From Tubiluchus corallicola (lineage: Eukaryota > Animalia > Priapulida): a DNA stretch of 64,000 nucleotides. Both the position numbers and the translations under genes were made by a program. The stretch lies in NCBI GenBank assembly GCA_030141605.1, contig JAQGDQ010002400.1, forward strand, positions 28,479 through 92,478, read 5' to 3'. Positions 44,024-64,000 of the stretch are shown here, in pieces (within the stretch, counting starts at the first letter, position 1; every line of letters starts with the position of its first letter). The notes under the pieces were generated by a model, which was given only the letters and a program-made list of their open reading frames with translations, was not told the DNA's origin and did no database searches.

Positions 44024-44042
44024 TCGCCAGTAGAGGGCGCTT
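44024..44042 (+). promoter_or_regulatory. CTCF consensus motif
   Basis: TCGCCAGTAGAGGGCGCTT matches the CCASYAGRKGGCRS core. Confidence 0.5.
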
Positions 44043-44683
44043 CATAGAAGAATATACATTAGTGGCTCTGTTGGCGTTTCATCACTAATGTAATCCAATG
44101 ATTATGATAAAACATTAATTGTGTTCAGCTTGCACCATATTCATGTTACAAGGCTTTCAAAATTTGTGACTTCAAACAAATCTAGACTTAAAATGTAGCA
44201 ACAAAAGTGAAATGTATGTCTGTTATATGATGTTTTGAAAAAGTGATGATAATATGAAGCTCTAAACTGACAGCCACATTCTTTTATATTTTCCCTGATG
44301 AATGAGAACAATAACCAATCTGTACTCAATCACAGATGAAGTTCGCTTCTTGCAGGCACATATTTACTTACTAAGGTTGGTGCTACCTAACTACTGTGGC
44401 AAAACTTGCACTACGATCACTCAACTATTTACCTTGCGCCTAAGATGCAGTATATTTCACTTTACAACCTCAGTTAGTTGTTGTCTTTTTCCTTCAAAGA
44501 GTAACTTATATATATATTAACCAATATATATAGGTAGGTGGCCTTACAGTTTAATTCCTTTGGTACTGTCCAGTTACTTCATTTTTAGTCTTTTTACGAT
44601 ACCATGACGAGTTTTAGAACACTCAGCACTTACTGCTCACTGAAATATCACATATGGATGTTCGTGCAGGTAATGAGTGACAA

Positions 44684-44905
44684 CAGTCAAACCTTGTTAC
44701 AATGCCCCCTTCAGAATGCTAGCTTCGTTTAATACGCATTTTTGGCAAGAGAAATTGTCTATATTTGCACAGATGTATTAATGCACCTCGTTATAATGCC
44801 AAACTCGCTTAATGCGATTTTGACTTATGACTAACACCAATCTTTTCTGGAATCCCAAGATGGGCGGTGTAAGGAGGTTAGACTGTATACTGAATATGTT
44901 GCAAA
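44684..44905. mobile_element. CAGTCAAACC-family MITE
   Basis: CAGTCAAACCTTGTTAC ... GTAAGGAGGTTAGACTG-TA. Confidence 0.75.
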
Positions 44906-46128
44906 AAAGCAAGCATTCCAATACCATAGCATAACGTTATTAATGTACTTAGGAATTACACATAAATTGTAACATACTGTAATACATTATATTGTTGTCA
45001 TAATATAATACAAACATTCGGTATGTATAGCAATAATAAATAATATATGTTCCAGATTTCCACAGGAAAGGCACACACAAAAACAGCCTGTTTACAAAAC
45101 ATCACGGTTAGCACCAATAACAATAAATAATAGAAATATAAAAATGATAAACTACCAAAATAAGTTATTTAAAAGATACTTACTATACAGATAAACAAAT
45201 GAACTTATATTACATGCTGGATGAACAAAGTGCAAAAATTACCAATCTACTTTGTTTAAAGGACAAGTCAGTTAGCATGCTGGTTTATTTTACTGTTATC
45301 GCTTCAATTTAGAAAAAATATAACAAAGAAATACATGCAAAAAATTGCCTATAACTAAAAAGTTAATTTATACTACCACTGCATAGAAATTTACAGATGA
45401 GGTTGTTGCTGCCATTCACTTGAAAATCACGACGTAACTGGTGTTTCGTGACTTTTCTCAAGTGCATCGTGGCTTCTGGAGCTTATCTGATATCATATAA
45501 CTAACTATTGGGAGCGCCAAAAACATGAAATAGTTGCGACTTTAAAGTGATTTTACTAATTACATGAGGTGCTCATTACACTTTTATTATTAAATCCTTC
45601 TAACATTTTCTGCAAAAATTGAAATAAGACTAACTTCGCTGGACGCTTGACTTTTCCTTTAAGAAACCGGACAAATGATGTTAATAACAACATCTTTTCT
45701 CTGCTCTGAAAGGAAGAATTTTCTCACTCTGAAGAGGAAATCATTAAAACATGAATAACCCACAGTAATTAGCTGACTACAGAAAGCTAACTGTTGATAC
45801 AGAAAGTAACTGTTGCAGAAAATTGCCTCAAAAAGCTTAATCATGGCATCTCAAAATTGTAATGAAACAAAATTTTCATTACTTAATTAGGTTTCAAGAT
45901 TCAAATTATTACCATACACTGCAGCTACATAACACGTATGACAGTATCAAAGTAATCATGCAGCAAATTTACAACAAATTTAACAATATTGATTAACATG
46001 CAATTAGTCACAATGGTTAATTTTATTCAGGATAAAAAACGAGAATTAAATTCTACGAAATTGTGATTAATTAAGACAGTTACGGAACTAAAATGTGCAT
46101 GACCCAGGATAAGAGAATAGGGAAGGAG

Positions 46129-46281
46129 TTAACAGTTCTCCACACAATTTAAATACCCTAACCTTAATCCTAACCCCAACCTTAATCCTAACCCTAGTCT
46201 TAACCCTAACTCTAACCCTTATCCAAACCGTAACACTAATCTGCTTCATGAACTAATTTTTTGTGTGTGCGGAATTGTAAA
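46129..46281. repeat. Small element with a degenerate (CCTAAC)n tract and loose inverted ends
   Basis: CCCTAACCTTAATCCTAACC... at 46156-46240, between TTAACAGTTCTCCACACAA and TTGTGTGTGCGGAATTGTAA. Confidence 0.6.
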
Positions 46282-46720
46282 CTTTAGCCGAGAATAGATA
46301 TTGTCAATTTTAGGCAAGCGAAATAAAAAGAGGTGGATAATACAATTAAAATTATTGACAGACAGATACCAATGCCAGCCAAGCATAAGACAAATGATGC
46401 CTGAGAAAACCAGCTTGACATAATATAGTTTAGCAGTTTAAGTATACATACTTTAAAAAACGTAAAGCCACAGTTTAATGCTGATGCTGTATGAACTACT
46501 GACAGGCTAGTACAGTTGATGAAATTTACTATCAATAAGCTAAAACTCCATGATGATTTGAAGTCTGCAGCATTAAAGCAAATAGCCAAGAAACCAGTGG
46601 CATAGCCAGGTTCTAGAGTTTGAGGGAGTAAGTACATAAAAAGCCACAGTGACACCGAATCAGAGTCCAACGAAAACCAACTGGTTTTACAATATACCAC
46701 ATTGATCAATAATGACACAG

Positions 46721-59482
<12,762 letters not shown>

Positions 59483-59849
59483 GGCAACATAATTATCCCA
59501 GGTCTCTTAGCACTGCAACATCACTAAGATACATTACTATATTAGCTGAAGATGAACTTCCTTCAATTGCAGTTTATTTGTTTATAATAAATGAGTGTTC
59601 AAGTGAAATGAAAACTCCACAAGTTAGGCAGTATACCACTTTGACAGTATGAATTATAAAACGTCATTCATAACATGAGTACGCCTACTAGTACTACTAC
59701 TAGTAGAAGTACTACTACTATACTGTAGCGTAGGCTGTTAGTGTTACAAAACCTAAAAAGTATAGTAGAGAAAAATCTTATCATATGGCTTTGCATGTCC
59801 ATTGTTATAGGCGTAGTGACATTTATATCCTTAATCTAAAACTTTTAGT

Positions 59850-60635
59850 AGGGTGGCTGACGCGCGCCGCCATATTGTGGGAGATGAAGGTGGAACATCA
59901 TTTTCTAGCATATTTCGGTTATCAGTATTCAAAAAATATGAAAGTAAGTTAAAAATCAAATTAATACAGTTAAACTACTGTTGTCGGTCTTTTATTTACC
60001 GAAATTTAATTTTCCGTACTGTCCTAAGTTTTGAGCAGGAAACTTGTGAAGTTGTCAAAAACGGCTTTACTGCAATCGATCCGTCAGCGTGACATCAAAA
60101 ATGGCCCCGATTTGAAAATTTCGATGGGTATTTTCAAATCAATTTGCGGCCCGGACTAACAGCTTCATTTTCGATATTATCAGCCTTACCTGGGTAAAAA
60201 AGGTCGGCAAATTTTTCTGAAAACCGAGCCACAATTAAATTACAACATTTTGGCCGTCAAAATAGCGTTTCTTTTTTTCGCGCTGCGGTATTAGGCCTTC
60301 AAAGAGTGGAAATCTTATTGGCTCGCATATAAAAATATTCTTAAATGTGTTATCTTAATTCTAAAACACGTAATGATTGGATAAAATGAGTTAGTCCGGG
60401 CCGCATTTGTCCATTTAGAGAACCCGGTTTGTAATGAAAACTCCTCCTTTGCCTCCTCGCTGATTGGACAATTCGGGTGATGTCATGTACAGCTTGAGCT
60501 GTGACAAGGCGCTTTGCGATTGGTTGCTGGAAGTAAATATATTGTAGATGGGCGCAGCGCCTGAAAGATGTATTGTGAAAGCCAATATCAAAAGGTGGAA
60601 CTTATCTAACCGCAAGAGTATACTTCTGGGTAAGT
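59850..60635. promoter_or_regulatory. CpG-rich, probably bidirectional promoter (MAPK7 leftward; unidentified + strand transcript rightward)
   Basis: CGCGCGCCGCCATATT (YY1-like) at ~59861, ATTGG boxes at ~60318, 60376, 60463 and 60519, and a + strand donor TGG|GTAAGT at 60630. Confidence 0.55.
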
Positions 60636-63600
60636 TATTGAACTTTTGTTGTTTACTACTGTACCGTGTATTCGCCGTGTCTACTACTGTACCTGTATTC
60701 GCTTTGTGTCTTGTGCCTGTATGCTTGCTTATACTTGTACTTGCGCTCTTATATGGTATTTGTTAAAGTTCTACTACAGTTTTTTTATTGTTTAACTATT
60801 TCTTGACATTTTAATGTGCTTGCAGCCAGTTGTATGAAGTCATTTTTAAAGATGAAACCTAAAAGTTTATACTGATTAATTAATTTCACCTCAAAAGTAC
60901 TTTATCGCTATAACATTGGTTCAAATGCTTTTTAAATTTAAGGATACTTTGTGTGGGCCTAGCTAATGCAGGTAAAGTTTTGCTTATTACTCGAGCTGAA
61001 ATTACTTCTGAAAGCATTAGCTGTAACTTCTAAAACAACTGCTTTGTCTAAAACAATTTTAAATACACATTTTAGTTTTTCATGTTATTTTTTGTTTTAA
61101 TCACAAGACCTTTGCTACTACATTGAATTCTATTGTTTGCACATTGCCTACCAGTACAAAATTATTATGCCTTAAAGTCAATTGCTAATAAATTAGATGC
61201 TCTAAAATGTACTGTGTATATCCAACCAGAATCACCTCACACTCCCAAAATTATTATGTGCAACCAATATTTTAGCCGTTTTTGTCCTATGTTAGTCACA
61301 TTATAATGAAAGCAGGTTAAAGTATTTATTTGCCAAGAATTTAATTACTTCATTAACTATTCTGACTAAACTTTAGTTTTGGCTAAAGGTTTTCCAGTCA
61401 ACAAAACTAAGATAAACAAAACTATTAATTTTAATATTTATTATGATGTTAAAGAATAATTATGAGAAACTTAAATATTGAAAACTTGTTTTTCTAGGCT
61501 TTTCAAATCTTACCTAACCTAGTGGAACCCTGCAGACCAGTAAAGTTATTATAGTGTCATCTTCATTTTGCGTTATACAACTGCTAAAAGATCAACATTT
61601 GAATTTGGAGTTCAAGATCAGATAATTAATAAACCCGCTGACATTTTTGACATCTAACGTACTATTTTAAAAATCAAAGGTTTGAGACATGTAAACTTTT
61701 GTAAATTAGCTTGTAAATGCTTGTTGTTAAAAGTAAGCTTAAATCATTAGCATCTCTTGTGCAGAAAATTCAAATTTTAGTAAAATACTTTTATACTTTA
61801 CTACGATAAATTTATAGTCATATATTTTACCAACCCAATATTTGAACCACTATTCATTTTAACTAAGTCTTCGTTTCTTCAATCTTATCTGTCCTAAAAA
61901 CTCAGCAATCAACCATGAAGACATACTCAGCAGGAGTGGGTGCATCTTAGACTTCTTGTAGTTAGATGTTGTACTTGTATCCAAAAAACCCATATCAGGT
62001 TTACTTGCAATAATTTTACTTTTCGTCTTCCATTTTTACCCAAGTTTGATAACTAGGCGTAGTCTATCATTAATTCATTAAAACCTTCATATTAAGAAAG
62101 TAGTACAAAAATTGTATAATGTACTATAAAAAGAAATCAGATATGAATATTTTGTGTAGTTAACATCATTATTTATAATAAATTTACTTTGCATTATTAC
62201 AAATTAAGTTTTAGTTATTTTTTAACTTTTGTCATTTTTGACTTTACCTAGCAGTAAAATAAAAAAACAAAAAAAATTGAAAAATGAACTTGACTAATAG
62301 CAGAGCAAAAAAAGTCTAAAAAAAGTAGTGAGCAAATACAAGAAAAATAAATTGCTAATAGATCTGCTGCAAAACCCTAGTGTACGATTTGTATGGGACA
62401 TAATATACAATGAACATATTCTAGGCAAGTTAAAATCTAGTACACATTTGAAATTGAGAAACAGGAATTGTAAGCTCTACATATATTGCAAGTTACAGCA
62501 CACAGTCATATTGCAATAACTGTATTTGGCAATTTTGTATCCCAGATAATGTTACAAGACATTTCATTGCAGGCAGTTAATCCTACCGAGCTAGACACTG
62601 AGCTAACAGTACATTTAACTACATCCAAAAAATACATGCACTGTCGATTAGATGCACCTGGAAATTGCAAACTTGTCATGCAGCTTTCGCACTAGAAAAA
62701 TTTCATTATACGTACATAACAAAAATTAAAAACATCAATTAGATATGCCCGAAAAAAGGAAAAAAATACATTAAAACAGGTGTGATCAAGGGGTGCATTA
62801 CATGCACCTGGAGAAATTGCAGACCTATTATGTATCCAGCTTTTCCATGCTGTATCATTTCTTAAGAAACGTATCTGGGTATCTGAGAAAAGGTAACAAT
62901 TGGCATTTAAAATTATAAAATAAAACAGTTATCGATTAGTTGTGTCAGGTGAAACTAATTAAGAATTTCCAGCAATAGGTTTTGTGGAGCCCTTGATAAC
63001 CGTTCTTGGGTACTAAAACGCACATCATTAATTATGATTTGGTTAATATTTATATTATACCATGAAGTAACAAAAATGATAAAAATATCAATTAGATGTG
63101 CCTGGAAGTAGGTCATCAATGCATTAAAACAGGTGTAATCAAGGTAGTACATGCCCTATGATAAAAGATTACAGATTTAAGGTATTATTTTTGAAAAAAA
63201 TAACTTTAAAATGCTCTTGGATTAGTTCTACAAAGAATTAATTAATGCGTTGCCATGACAACGGAGTTTCTTCATCCTAGATTTTTACCTGTACAAGAGG
63301 AAAACATGGACTTGGCACTAAACACAGAAAAATCACTTCAATGGCTGTGTGTAACCAACTAAATCCCACTTTCTAAAACGCATAGTTTTCATATCGTAAA
63401 TTTCGTAATACTCACGAAAATGCTGTTTTCCCGGTTTTTCCTGTAAAAATTTTCCCTAGCATAAATCTGAAGATGCAAAGTGTTTATGAATATCTGTTCT
63501 ATGTACACTGAGCTACCAAAAGTCATATTAACAATTAACTACCAGCTGAATTGGCATTTTTTATAACAGTCCAAAGTTGACAAGTTAGCACACTTTCGTA

Positions 63601-64000
63601 AAAGGTCCATTTTCACACCTGTTAAGGTAAAACATCATTTGGATGAATTTTGGATGCTGGAAAAATGAATACTATGTTGCCATAGGACTTGATATGATTA
63701 TTTCTCGTGAAATGCACTCCATTTAACAACACTAACATACTGAAACCTGTATTTGGAATTTTTAGTTATAAATAATAGAATGCTAAAAGTACAATTTTTA
63801 ACTTTTTGCTCAAACCGGACTTAGCCATTTTTTGTTACTCCTAAAACGCGAGCGTTTTTTTGAACTTTAACTGACCGCCATTTCAAGACAAACTAATTAT
63901 TTTAAATCTGGTTTTTTTTAATTAACTATATGCTCATAGCACTGTCAAATGAGCACAGTTGCGACTATGGTGGCGCGCTCTACAATTTTCGTTCAGCCAC

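Noticed and set aside
46156-46240. Interstitial telomere or chromosome fusion scar
   Set aside because: Short and degenerate, and enclosed by inverted ends like a small mobile element.
62630-63150. Repeated ATTAGATG..CCTGG / CATTAAAACAGGTGT blocks as a structured array
   Set aside because: Only two to three degenerate, irregularly spaced copies; most likely an old local duplication or repeat relic.

Overview
AT-rich, intron-containing animal genomic DNA, most likely a bilaterian invertebrate; it is not prokaryotic, so most short ORFs in the track are noise. By hand splicing I reconstruct six host genes: a lysophospholipase-like (LYPLAL1/APT-type) hydrolase with an uninterrupted CDS (-), head-to-head with a 13-exon CNDP2 dipeptidase (+); a 3-exon GTP-dependent PEPCK (-); a single-exon GT92-like glycosyltransferase (-); a 3-exon VKOR (+); and an 11-exon ERK5/MAPK7 (-). 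CNDP2 intron 5 holds a 4.2-kb Gmr1-type Gypsy LTR element with apparently identical 245-bp LTRs and a 4-bp TSD, but with RT deleted. Introns and intergenic DNA contain many MITEs, CR1-like LINE relics and tRNA-derived repeats. The best oddities are an ERK5 activation loop reading T-H-Y instead of T-E-Y, a CNDP2 C-terminal extension ending in a PTS1-like TKL, the young RT-less Gmr1 element, and a ~300-320-bp repeat family with an internal tRNA-like core that appears head-to-tail or circularly permuted. I found no convincing wholly new multi-gene system. All identities come from motif recognition by eye, not database searches.
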